Source of the DNA: Paraspadella gotoi | Lineage: Eukaryota; Animalia; Chaetognatha | Length of the DNA stretch: 64,000 nucleotides | Assembly: GCA_051294375.1 (NCBI GenBank) | Contig: CM119270.1 | Span: forward strand, 6,115,038-6,179,037 | Direction: 5' to 3' | Part shown: piece by piece, positions 23,701 to 37,036 of the stretch | How positions within the stretch are numbered: position 1 is the first letter of the stretch | How the letters are laid out: each line of letters starts with the position of its first letter | The notes under the pieces: generated by a model | The model's database searches: none | What the model saw: the letters and a program-made list of their open reading frames with translations, nothing else | What the model was told of the DNA's origin: nothing | Translations under genes and position numbers: made by a program

Positions 23701-26700
23701 TTCCCATAGAAAGTCCCACAATTGGCAGTAATAACGGCAGTAGCTGAGGCTAACAATAAAATAGGGTAAGGTATGGGGTTTTTTGGAGTTGGTCCGTCTG
23801 TAGTTTGTATACTAAAAATGAATGATAGCCTCGGTGTCTACGACCCAAGTAATTGTATTATTGTTATCAAGCCTTCTTAAAAAGTATTCTCGTACAAAAG
23901 TTGTAAGACAGAAAAAAATAAGCGATATTCCACCGAAAAATCTGTATATCCCTCATACAAAGAATTCCACCGTTTCTGCTTTACTTATAGGAGATAATTA
24001 AAAAATGTCCATTAACTCACAAAAATTTCTTAACAAACTCCATATCTAACATACAAATAAAAGAAAAAAATTAGATTATTATACGTCAATATTATAAATG
24101 TAAGAAGAAAAAGCTGACTCTAGTCTCTCAATGAGAGAACTAATATATCGCAAGAGGTGTATAGAAACTAAGCGCATTATAGTCATTTCGCCTGAAACTA
24201 ATATATCCATCAGCTTGATACATCTCATATAAACCGAAAACTAAAAACAGTGAAAACAAAAAAACTATCAACGGAGAGAAACACTTAACTAATACAGCAA
24301 ACGAACGCAATACGAAACACGAAGCATGTCGTCATCTAATAATGACGCCATCGTGCCACGGTGACACATTTCATTCCTTATCTGAGTCTTCCATCATTAA
24401 TACTCCCATACTCGCCCCCCTTGGCACTTACAATATTCCCTCTGCATGCTCTTAATATCAATTCTTGCCTTGTCAGCCTTCGTGCGGCTGCCTTTGGACC
24501 ATTTTCGCACCGCTTGCCGCGGCTTCCTTCCTCTTCTAGATTATGATGACCACTCAACCCGCGCCGGATTTCCCTTCATTGTGCGGACGCGAATCCTCTC
24601 CTGTGTCATTTACGAACCATAAGGGTGGGTCGGAGAGCGAGCTGCATGGGGTGGCGCGGATGCAGGCGGGAAATGAGTTTGGAAGTAATTGCGTTTCACT
24701 TGCTAGCGAGGCCGCCTCTCTATTCTCTGGGCCCCTCGTTTCTTACTACCATTTCCTTTGTTTTTCTTCCACGTTTTCTCACAGTTTTAAAAAATATTTC
24801 TCAAAAATCTGCCGTACGAGAAATCTTTTGGCGTGTTGCCCCCTGGTAAATAGTTAGATTTCCTTAGTTACGACTGCTGTCGTATATGTCTTATAATCTT
24901 ATATAAAATACCTAGAGGAGAAGAATATCGGATCTCAACGTCGCAACGCCCTGTCACTGATCTCTGTCCGGCACTCTCGTGTCCCATCGCCCTGACTCTC
25001 CATCATGTCCCTGCCACGTTTATCGCGCACGCTCTGAATGATCATCTGCCCGAGCGCCATCAGAGCGAATTGTTTGGAAACTCGTTCTCGACGCACAGTA
25101 AGGGGTTTGGATGCTGCGGACCATCTCTCCACCACATGCGCAGGGAATCTTTGCGTCCTCAGATCTGATCGGTAGTGTATGGACGTATCATTCTCAGTGC
25201 ACGATTACCTGCTGCTGGGCAGATCAACCCTGAAATAAGAGAAGGATATTTAATAATTATATTAATGAAATAAAATATAAAATCAATAAATTAACACTAT
25301 TTTTATAGCCTTTTTCAATTTTGTTGGAAGATTATAGATTTATATTTTTATTCGACTCCATTGTTCTTTTAGTGTCTATATTAATAGGCTCTGATTCGTT
25401 TATTATTTTTTGCGTTGTTTGGTATGCTAAAGTAAGTTTTGTTTTGTTTTATAATATGTTAAGCATTCCTTATCGTTTTTTTTTATACGTTCCGATTACT
25501 CACTTATTCGCATTATAGCTCTACGTTCCGAATTTGCGCGCGAATGTGAGCCGCGGAACCAATGTGGCAAATCAAACGACCTCGTGATCTGATTGTAGCA
25601 CCTGTGCCTCATATTGTCGCATGAGCATCGGGTGCGTATTGTGGCGCAGATGGACTGAATAACTCGACAAAAAAAAAAATTCTCAAATTTGTGCATAAAT
25701 TCGTTATGTTCAGATTTCCTCATAGATGATATTAATCTTGTATTCGACTTGTCGCCGAATATAAATTAACAATTCGTATATTAATGACTAATAAAAGTTA
25801 ACAAAATACAATATCCTATTAATCTTTTTGTCGAATAAAATACAAACTGCTATAAAAACGACCGACTTGACAAGATGGTTATATTCCTTATCTAAACAAT
25901 CTGTGTGTAGATTCGATCGAGGATGCATACAACAGTCTGGAAACATCTTAATACGTAGTACACAATGATGATTGTAGCTGTTCACGACTCCGGTACAACT
26001 TCAAAAAAAAATAAGAAAAAAAAGCGACATCACGCAGATACTATCGACGAAATCAAACGAACAAAAACAAAAAACAAGAAACCAAAGTTCAATGCTTTCT
26101 TTGTTCTTATTTTTAAAATATTCCCGATGCCATATTGTGTCAAACCTTGAAGCCAGAAGCTGGAGTGACTGTCTGGGCGGGGTCGTTCTTAGATAAGGAC
26201 TCGCATGCGTCAAGCTCCACTTTTCCCATTCCTCGCTCGGACGGATTCTTAAAATGAACTCTCGGGAACGTTTCCGTTGGCCGTTTGGAATGCGTACGTT
26301 GTCCCCCGGGGCAGCTCCGACAAGGGCCTCGTTGGGCATCTCCACCGAGTTCACTGAGTGTGATGATTAGTACAGGTTTGAGAAATGAGTTTCTTCTCTT
26401 TTAGTTTTTGTTTTGTCGTTGTAGAGGTTAGGTTCGAACGTATTAGTGACTTAGTTTAGTATTTATTGAGTAGATAAGTTGAGTGATTAGTATTTTCGAC
26501 GTAATAGCTGACGTGAAGTTGAAGTATTAAATTAAGCTGACATGCATGTCTGTAGTAATATAGTAGTTGGTGGAGTACAGATAGTCAATTTTTAGTTCAA
26601 GTGTGGTTTCATATGAATAATGTAGACGTCAAGAGTCTGTCTAAGTAATATAGTATATGTAAGTATTTATTAGTAACTCGGAGAATAGTAGTCGGACGAG

Positions 26701-28400
26701 TACAGTAGTCGCTCACGTGCGTAAGCTTATAACAATTCCAATGTCAGTAACGTTTGAGTATCGAAGTAACTACCGTAGTAGTAGTAGTAGTAGTAGAAAG
26801 TCGCAGTATAACAGTAGTATAGGTAGAGATTGTAGCACTGCCCCAAGTTTCAGCCCCTAAATAAAAATGACTTTTTTCAATTTATGAACCGTGTCTATTG
26901 AGTAAGAATCGATGGACCAAAATGCTTACTATTGGTATGCGCTACACTGCGAGAAGGCGAGGTGAGGAGTGGCCGAAAAAAACCCCCAAGCCGATTCATT
27001 GTGCGAGAGGGCAGAAAAAGAGTGACGAGAGATACATGGAGAAGCGCCTTATCCAAATGGTACGAAAAGTTCCATTAGATTTTTTTCTCACGGCAAGAAT
27101 CTTCCGGTCACCTCGACACTCGGGATAGTGATGTTGGCGGCGGCAAAATTGACCAGCCGATGGACTGAGCTTCAGAACACCGAGAGTGATCGACGCAGAC
27201 TGGGAGTGATAGAGGGATGAGAATGATAGACTAAGTAGGAGAGGAGTACATCGAATTAGAGAATGTTACTTGAGCGAAAAAAAACGAGATTAAAATCCTT
27301 CTGTAACTGTTTTGGATGTAAATATAAAACTACTATCAATATTCTGAATCGAATTAATGTAAATAATTTTTTAAAATGAATCGTTCCCTTGTATTAGAAA
27401 TTATAAAAAAAAGTGCTTCATAAGTTATATTTAAAAGTTATTATTTAAGTAAGCTCCAAAAAACCGCGTGCTCGAATGAACTGTTTGCTAATTCCAAACT
27501 GTCGGTAACATCGACCGACGGGCACATGTGCCCCGGATGCCTGCACCGATCTTGAGATAGAGACTATGTGCAGAGGGGAAGTTCAGCGAGTGGCTCTGAC
27601 GGCCGTTCCGTGAGGCAGATCCGAGTCACAGAGGCGGGCAGAAGAGAAGTTTGGCCCGAAGCATAGTTAGGACAGATCTTTGGCGAGTCGAAGCAGAACC
27701 ACCTCCCTAGGGGGAAAAATTGGCGCAGAAGATGAGATGAGAGGTTGGGGGCAAAGAGGCGAAGCGGTGGAGGGAAAGACCGCGAATAATAGGATAGTAT
27801 AAGCAGCGAAAGGCGCGAAGAGAGAAAAGGGAGAGTGCGATGTGCGGACGAGTAAGCAGAAATCGAGGTAAAGAAAGATTGAGATAATCATAACGGGAAG
27901 AGGGAGAAGCGGAGAAAAAATCCGCTAGGAGAAAGACATAAAATGTTTAGACATTTCATGCTATCATGAGTGTTAAAATCATTCCCTTCTTCTCTCCTGC
28001 TCTATCTCTCTCTCCATAGCTCTCAATTCTCTCTCTCTCTCTCTCCTCTCATGCTCTTCTCATCTTATCAAACTTTATACTTACTTTTGTATATAAGTGA
28101 TTAACTCAAATTTTGACCCGAGTGCTAGCTTATTTGTAGAGACCTTTCACTGAACTTTTTTTTTTTGGCGCATCATTTACTCAATACGTGATGCTGTTTT
28201 TATTATTCATTTATATTCAATTGACCTGAGACTGGACAATACTTCCCTTGAACCAGTACCATCTTGCTCGCTGAGGAGGAGCTGTGCAACATGTTGGTGG
28301 CAGTTGTAGCCAGAATGGGGACGTATGCGACCGAGCTTGGATTGGTAGGCCCACTTCTAACAGTAGGTGGAACCTTGAAAAGGAAACGCGGACTATGAGA
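18430..28400 (-). repeat. Second, increasingly noisy inverted copy of the EF1A locus
   Basis: Direct repeat of 8911-16650 that continues through the reverse complement of 1-1150 and further upstream. Confidence 0.88.
24458..28376 (-). pseudogene. EEF1A: Heavily degraded EF1A copy, including two upstream exons (~27510-27620 and ~28242-28376) not present in the clean copy
   Basis: Residual motifs on the minus strand match GYNPK.VAYVPISGYN..NML...WFKG (28242-28376), KPLRLPL.DVYKIGGIGTVPVG (27510-27620) and SVEM..EAL..AAPGDNV (26295-26355). Confidence 0.7.
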
Positions 28401-29267
28401 TTAATTAAATTAGAATTAATTAATTAATTTGAAGCTGTTTAAGTCAATTTCATTTCTAATCCATTCTGTCGTACTCTGTTTAACCCATCGCCATTTCTGT
28501 AACATTATCTATCTCTTGGGCATATTTTTTACATAAACTCTCCAAAAAACGGAGGTTGAGGGACTGTGATATTTGCCTCATAAGGAGTATGTGTGGCATT
28601 AACTTTGTTAAAACATGGTCTTTCAAGTAGCGGAATGCGACCAAAGTTCAAATTTTGAATTGGCAAACTCCGCATTGAAACTCATCCATTGATGTATTAA
28701 TAATTGTGTATAAAATATTTTTTTTGCAAAAATGATTCGAACCATGAGTTTGAATTCGCTAAGTTAAAATCTGAATTATATTGCTATATAATGTCAATAC
28801 AATATTTTCTTTTTGATATTTTTAAGTTTTAGATTTGTGATTTGATTAAGAGCATAAAAAGTTCTGAATTTAATTAAACGCAAAATCTAATTATATTATA
28901 TTTTTTTTATAACTGAAATAACAAAAATATAATTTCATTAGATGATGATGTGCTTTTTTTACATCAGTTTTTTCCTAATTTTTAACCTTACTTATTTACT
29001 TCTAATTAATTGATAAAAATATTAATAAAAATAGAAATTCCTACTTTAGGTGAGTTTAAAAACTAATCTTGCACATTAGCATATATATGGACTTTCTTAA
29101 AATAGCTAGATTCCAAAAAAAAAAAAATTTTTTAATTAATTCCTATCTATAATAAGATATAAATAAATTTATACTAGTGCTTCAAGCATTTTAAAAATAT
29201 TTGGTAGCNNNNNNNNNNNNNNNNNNNNNNNNNCCTCCTCCTCCTCCTCCTCCTCCTCCTCACCTTG

Positions 29268-30987
29268 ATGTCGGACTCGTCGACGGAATTGATTCGATCA
29301 ATCGATTCTGCGACAGAAGGTGAGTTCGACTCTTCGCTGCCCTCACCCCCTTATTTTTTAAAGGGGGAAGGTGGCATGTCCCGGTGCCGGGGAGAAGGGG
29401 GCGGGCGGGCGACGACACATCGCCGACCCCAAATTTTTTTTCTTTTTCATTTTCAAATCGACGGTGCGCGAGTTTTTAATTTATGTATTCATATTTGTAC
29501 TTCTTTCCTGAATCAGCTGTTTTTTTTTTTTTTAGTTTATTTGCAAAATAAATTGCATTATCATAAACTGTAATTTACATATATTCGATTTTGACATATT
29601 TTATGTTTCAAATACGATTTTTCGGCGAACGAATTTTGATTTTTTTTATTCGATTTTGATTTTTTTTTTTTCGATCGCGAATCTCGAATCGATTCCGACA
29701 TTTTTTCTGCTTTAAATTCAATTCCATCGGATTTTCATTTTTTTGAATTAATTTTGTATTCTAAACTCTTTCTCTTTATTGAATTCAGTTTATTTCAGTT
29801 TTCCGATTCGTGTTATTGTCTTATTAAATGCGATTTATTTTACAAAACTTTTGAATTTTTGAATTGAGTCGAAGTCTTTCATTGGTTTTGTTTATATCCA
29901 TTCATAAACATCAAGAGTTGTCATGAATTATATATAATATCTATATATAATATAATANNNNNNNNNNNNNNNNNNNNNNNNNCATATATATTTAATATAT
30001 ACAAAACGGATGTTTGCCCTTCACAATTTCTTTTTCTCTCTAGCGTCTCTTTTTTCCAACTCCGCCTCCAACGCCGTGTCGCTTCGGCGGGCCGCCGCCC
30101 GTTCACGGCACCTCCACCGACGCTGCAGTCTCGACAGCTTCCGTCCCTTTGCCTTCTCCTCCTGCACGATTTGTCCGCTATAATTAAGCGCGCATCGGCA
30201 TCGCCTCGGCCATCGCGCGTCGGCATCTGCTCCGGCATCGCTCTCGCGGCATGCCTCCGCATCGCCCGCAGACATGCGCCTCCGACCGTCCAAAAACGCG
30301 CTTCCCTTCCGTCCGAAGATTCATAATCGCCGACTTCTCCCGGGAATTTTGGTTCAACTTCTATCACAAACTCTCCCAACTTCGATTTCGACGAACCATC
30401 CTAATTCTTCGCGATTTCTTCTGCGAGCTCAAACGCAAATCCCTCGCGAATCCATCAATTCTATCATAATTCTGCAACAAACTGCTTCGTATTCTTTTCA
30501 CGAATTCTCTCACCAATCGGCTAATTCTATCACAACCATCCCCTCGCATTCCCTCTGATTTCAAACTCGATCTTTCGGTTCCTAGTTTGCGGACAAAGTC
30601 TTACGCTGCGGCGCTGACAGGAGGTGAGTTAATTACTGATAGTGAACGCAATCCATGACATAATTTGAATTAGATCCTATATAGCTGCTGATTTGGAAAT
30701 GAGAACGAAGTTATGAAACTGTTAACTAATGAGTTAAAATTTTAGTGTTCTGAATTAAAAACTTTATTTTAGAAAGACTTACTTAGTATGACTAGGAATC
30801 TGTTTGCAAAAATGTTAATTACTTTTAACCAGTTTTTCTTTGTTTTAAATTTATTAATTATTTATTTATTCGGTTTATGAATAATTAATTGTGTATAGCT
30901 TTCGATTTCGTTGTGTTTCGAATTTAGGGGGGAGGGGAGGGGAAAAAAACGAATTTTTGTTTTGGTTTTGTAACGAATTTTTTAGGA

Positions 30988-31018
<31 letters not shown>

Positions 31019-34000
31019 CAGCCAATGTTACAGCTGATGAAGGAACGTGGCACCTCCACCGACGCTGCACCCGACAGCTCCGTCCCTTGCACCTCATCCT
31101 CCTGCACATTTTCGTCCGCTACCGCATCCGGCATCGCCTCCGGCATCGCCTCCGACATCGCCTCCGGCATCGCCTCCGACATCGCCACAGACATCGCCTC
31201 CGACCGTCCCAAAACGGCTTCCCTTCCGTCCGAAGATTCACAATCGCCGACTTCTCCCGGGAATTTTGTCACAACTTCTATCACAAACTCTCCCAACTTC
31301 GTTTCGACGACCATCACTAATTCTTCCGATTATCTCGCGAGCTCAAACGCAAATCCCATCGCGAATCCAATCAATTCTATCATAAATTCTAGCACAAACT
31401 CTTCGTATTCTTTCACGAATTCTCTCACCAATTCGGCTAATTCTATCACAAATCCTCTCGCTAATTCGCCTCTGATTCTCAATCGATCTTTCGGTTCTAG
31501 TTTGCGACAAAACGTCTACGCTTCGGCGCTGACAGGAGGTGAGTTAATTACTGATAGTGCACGCAATCCATGACATAATTTGAATTAGATCCTATAATAG
31601 CTGACTGATTTTGAAAATGAGAACGAAGTTTATGAAACTGATTAACTAATAGTTAAAATTTTAGTAGTTCTGAATTAAAAACTTTATTTTAGAAAAGACT
31701 TACTTAGTATGACCTAGGAATCTGTGGGCAAAATGTTAATTACTTTTTGAGATTTATTTGAAACTCATTCTATTCTATTAAACTTATCTGAACAGATAAC
31801 CTCAACCCAATTGTCTTTCGAATAGACGAGACACAACTGGACACGACATTCGAAGACTTCCTCCATCATCTGCCACTTAAGATCTGAAAATTAGTCTAAC
31901 CACACAAATCTTAAACATCCTTAGCCAATGGTAATAGCATAGCCAATAGCCAATGCAATAGCCAATAGCCAATACCAATCAGCCAATTACGCCAATTAGC
32001 CAATAGCCAATGCCCAATGGCCAACAGCCATAGCCAATTTTTAGCCATCTCCCTAACACCACTGAGCTGAATGCGGCGCACGGCGGCGTGCAAGGGTTGG
32101 AACCCGGGTGGACGAGTTGACCATCGCGCCGAGGAAGAGTTGGATCCGGTAAGGAGATGGTAGTGATGGGAAGGTAAGGCGGAGGAGGCGGAAGGCAGAT
32201 CGCGCGGGGCGGGCCTCGAAGTGGGGCGGCGCTCTCTCAAGATCTCAAATCCGTCGAAGGGCTGAACCCAGTGCCAGCGGTGTTCGCGCGATCCAAGGAG
32301 TACCCAATCGGCCGTCGCGCATCGTGTCCGGCGGAGCAAAGTGGGCGAGCCTCCACGTGCACCGAAACCTTAGTTATTCATCAGGCGAATCATGCATCAA
32401 GTCATCACAGCAGTCATCGGAATCCACGTCGATCATGCAGTTGTCAGACAGGTCATGTGAAATCGATCATTGGGCAGTGAATCGTACGTCGATCGATCAG
32501 ATCGCCGGTCGTACTGGATCATATCGATTATCGCTGTCATCATAATCGAGCACATATCATCATCCGTCGACTCACAACATAATCAGACAATCACAGAACG
32601 ATTCAATCGATTCGTCGTCAATTTCCATTATCTGATATTCATGTCTAGTCAATTAAGGTATCATCCTCCACGCCGATTATTGTGATGCATTCTGAAGATG
32701 TGAGACAGACATAAGAGTAAGTAAACATAAGAACTAACAATCTTAAAAGTAAAACAAACCCAGTAACATGCTACGGTACTTGAAATAACTTTGCATTATC
32801 TATATCTAATTCACATCAGACCGATAGAAAGACCTACGTGGTCTGCCAAAGGCGTCACTGCCAGTGTCGTTCTCACTCTCTCTCTCTCTCTCTCTCCTCT
32901 CTCTCCCTCTTTCACATTCATAATCAAATTCTCAATACCTCTCGATTGTTATGCGATCTTAATTTATTCAATCGACACTATGACGAAAGTATTTTACGAA
33001 TTCAATTTCTTTTTATCATTTTTATACATGTTATACATTCCATTTCTCGCGGAGCATCTCATGTTAGACGAGTATTTATGAGAGAGCATGCCGGCTTTTA
33101 GTGGTTATTTTTAGGAGAGGTGACGAGTCACAGTTAGGCCGGGGTATAGTGGAAATATACAGAGAGAGGATATCGATTACTTGAGAGAGAGATGAGATTC
33201 GAGTATTATAGTTTTATGAGTTTGCGGCGGGAGAAGATAACAAGGATTAATAATTACCATTAAACAAGCTAAAAGGGAGAAGCGAGATAAGAAAGAAAAA
33301 AGGCAGTTTAAGGAAGAACTTACACTTCAAAGAAAGATTCAACAACAAAAAATTAAACGAAAGATTCAAGAAAAGATTCAAAGAAAGATTCAAAAGAAAG
33401 ATTCAAAGAAAGATCAAAGGAAGCAATGGAAAGCGGACAGAGAAAAGAGGAAGCAAAAAGGTGGACGATTCCCGCTCAAAATGTTGTCTTTTCAATGCAT
33501 GAGTAAAGTTGATAATGTAAGCGTCGATCATGAAGTCTTATTGGTCTTTTTTTTTTTCATCCTTTTCGTCTCGGTTGCTGACGAGACTAGAGAAACCGCA
33601 TCTGTCCGTTCGTCTGTCTAAGATTTAGTCGTTTTCGTTTGTCGAAAATAAAAATTTCTTCCGAAAAAAAAAAAACAAAAATAAGTAAATAAGAAAAAGA
33701 AATAATGTTATAATTAATATATTTCAGGGAGGAAAACCATTTATTTGTTTTGTTTGCAACGAATTTTTTTAGGAACATTTTTTTTCGGACGTGTTTCGAC
33801 TCTACCGTTACAGTATTTCATCAGCTGTAACATGTCTGAAAAAAAAAAAAAAATGTCCTAAAAAATTCGTTACGAAAACAAAACAATAAATCGTTTTTTC
33901 CCTCCCCTCCCCTAAATTCGAAAACACAACGAAAATCGAAAGCTATACACAATTAATTATTCATAAACGAATAAATAAATAATTAATAAATTTAAAACAA

Positions 34001-36484
34001 AGAAAAACTGGTTAAAAGTAAATTAACATTTTTGCACACAGAATTCCTAGTCATACTAAGTAAGTCTTTTCTAAAATAAAGTTTTTAATTCAGAAGCACT
34101 AAAAATTTTAACTCATTATTAATCAGTTTCAATAAACTTCGTTCTCATTTCCAAAATCGCAGCTATATAGGATCTAATTCAAATTATGTCAATGGATTGC
34201 GTTCACTATCAGTAATTAACTCACCTCCTGTCAGGCGCCGCAGCGTAGACTTTTGTCCGCAAACCTAGGAACCGAAAGATCGATTTGAGATCAGAGGGAA
34301 TGCGAGGAGGTTGTGATAGAATTAGCCGAATTGGTGAAGAGAATTCGTGAAAAGAATACGAAGCAGTTTGTTGCAGAATTATGATAGAATTGATGGATTC
34401 GCGAGGATTTGCGTTTGAGCTCGCAGAAGAATAATCGCAAGAATAGTGATGGTTCGTCGAAATCGAAGTTGGGAGAGTTTGTGATAGAAGTTGAACCAAA
34501 ATTCCCGGAGAAGTCGGCGATTGTGAATCTTCGGACGGAAGGGAAGCGCGTTTGGACGTCGGAGGCGCATGTCTGGGGCGATGACGGAGGCATGCTCGCG
34601 AGAGCGATGCGGAGTCAGATGCCGGACGCGCCGATGCCGGACGGCGATGCCGATGCGCGCTAGCGGACAAATGTGCAGGAGGAGAGGCAAGGGACGGAAG
34701 CATGTCCGGTGCAGCGTCGGATGGAGGTGCCGTGGAACGGCGCGGCCGCCGGAAGCGACGACGGCGGTTGAGGCGGAGTTGGAAAAAAGAGACGCTAGAG
34801 GAAAAGAAATGTGAGGGCAAACATCCGTTTTTGTATATATTAATATATATGATTATATTATATATAGATATTATATATAATTCATGACAACTCTTGATGT
34901 TTATGATGGATTAACACAAACCAAATGAAAGACTTCGACTCAATTCAAAAATTCAAAGTTTGTAAAATAAAATCGGCAATTTAATNNNNNNNNNNNNNNN
35001 NNNNNNNNNNCACGTTCCTTCATCAGCTGTAACATGGTCTGAAAAAAAAAAAAAAAATTTGTCCTAAAAAATTCGTTCAAAACCAAAAGCAAAAATTCGT
35101 TTTTCCTCCCTCCCCCTAAATTCGAAAACACAACGAAATGAAGTCTATACACAATTAATTATTCATAAACGAATAAATAAATAATTATAAATTTAAAACA
35201 AAGAAAACTGGTTTTCTCAATAGTGTGTTTAGACGTTCACGATATTTTAATCAGTCTTTACCAATCGCCCAGATAACTAATTTCGTCTTCCTCGCCCAAC
35301 TTCTTGCAGCATACGGTTCCACTCAACTGCCGCAACTCGGCGCCACGGGACTGCATCTTCAGTTCGCGCCGCAACATTCGACGGTGCCGCCGCAAATGAG
35401 TCTGCAGGTAGGAAGGAATGCTTCTCAATGCTGATGTTGCTGCGGTTTGGATGTTGTTATTGTTGCATAAGAACTAGATTTGATTAAAATTGATCGCGTT
35501 TCAGTCGTGTTACTATACGGATTATCAGGTAACGTATATATTCCCATTTCATTAACTGATTAAATAATTTTTAAAAATGAATTTTATAACTTTTAACAAA
35601 AACGGTAATTCTGGAATTCTTGTAGAACAGTTTTAAAAACTTGAATTAACATGACTTTTGGTGACGGCGATAATGACGATCACTAAAATCTAAATGATAA
35701 CTAATCTCACCCTGATTCTCTTCTTCCAGAGTCTCCAAGCCTTCGCTGCGGCGATGGCTGCTGTCAATCCGCACGGAACGCTGACGCCGACTTCGCCGCT
35801 TACGCCGCTGTCGCCGCTGAGCCTCAGTCAGTCGCTCAATCTGCAGGTGGAGATCTGTCGAATTGACATAAAAAGTTAATTTACAAATAGGGAATTTAAA
35901 AGATGGTTATAATGGTTAACATGGTTAATTTAGTTTAATTTTAAAAAAAGGTGGTTGCAACGTGAGAATAAAGATTACATTCTTGCGATTTTAATATGCG
36001 ATTGTTGTTGTTTTGAATGTCGGTGATTTTAAAATCTATTCCAAATACAAAACTTTCAAAGACTGAAAAGCATTGAAAAGCATTACAACGATTGGTCAAA
36101 TATCAGTTTAATCGACCAATCACATCTTCTCCTCTTCTCTCTTTTTCCTCGTCAAGACTCTCAACCAAGGAAGTCCCCAAGCCCTCGCCAACCTCTCGCC
36201 ATCTTCCTCCACCGGAAGCGGACTTCAGTCCGTCGCTCAAAACGCTCTTCAAACGCAGGTGAGGGAAAAGTGGGGCTTAGGGTGGGCGGGTTGGTTAAGG
36301 AAAAGTAGGAGAGCAGCAATGTGTTAGTGGTAAGGATTAGAGAGAAAGGAACATAACAGGATTTACTATAGACAATGAAACTTAGATTAGTAAAAAATAT
36401 AAAAAGTTGAAAAGAATTTTATGTTCACCATAATGAAGCTCACTATGTTTTTTCTCATGTCAGTACTCGAAATTCTCTCTCTCC

Positions 36485-36541
<57 letters not shown>

Positions 36542-36655
36542 ACTCCTCTCTCACTCTATCAGATCTCATCTTCGGCTCCATCCACGTGTTCTGATCCAGA
36601 GAGTCCCAACGCCGTCGCAGCCTCCGCGATTCAAGTGGCGCCCTCCACGTCGTAA
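29268..36655 (+). CDS. Unidentified multi-exon Ser/Thr/Pro/Gln-rich protein (exons 29268-29319, 30044-30623 with a cleaner partial duplicate at 31049-31538, 35310-35407, 35730-35846, 36157-36258, 36563-36651)
   Basis: Canonical AG/GT boundaries with compatible phases: MSDSSTELIRSIDSATE|ASLFSNS..(IASG/D)n..ASALTG|AYGSTQLPQLG..PPQMSLQ|SLQAFAAAMAAVNPHGTLTPTSPLTPLSPLSLSQSLNLQ|TLNQGSPQALANLSP..NALQTQ|ISSSAPSTCSDPESP. It either stops at TAA 36653-55 or splices on at gtaagt 36652. No domain recognised. Confidence 0.7.
31921..32048. repeat. (AGCCAAT)n heptamer minisatellite
   Basis: More than a dozen imperfect agccaat units in tandem. Confidence 0.8.
33825..34985 (-). repeat. Error-rich inverted copy of ~29820-31040
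   Basis: Reverse complement of the Ser-rich exon and its flanking introns; ends at a 25-N gap. Confidence 0.88.
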
Positions 36656-36977
36656 GTAGTTATCATCATCATCATCATCATCATCGTCATCATCATTTTC
36701 ATCATCATCATCATTGTCGTCGTCGTCGTCATCGCCGTCGACGTCATATCATTATCGCTGTCATCATAATCATCATATCATCATCGTCCTCAACATCATA
36801 ATCATCATCAACATAAACATAATCATCGTCATCATCATTATCATCATCATCATTAATATCATTCCACCTCGATTTTGTGATCATCTGAGAGTGTGAGAAA
36901 TAAAGTAATACACTAAACTAAAATCTTAAATTAAAAACAACCTAACATCTACGTACTTGAAATAACTCCCCTTTCTA

Positions 36978-37036
<59 letters not shown>

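Noticed and set aside
15420-28376. Genuine EF1A pseudogene family
   Set aside because: The indel-dominated error profile and gap context indicate uncorrected reads rather than evolved paralogues.
31022-31048. Alternative start MLQLMKERG of the 182-aa ORF
   Set aside because: Appears to be a junction between an intronic repeat and a duplicated exon; two other copies of the exon have a different, phase-compatible 5' end.
33566-33600. Hammerhead ctgacga...gaaac
   Set aside because: The bases form the gtctcg/cgagac hairpin of a DINE-like repeat end; hammerhead stems I and II do not form.
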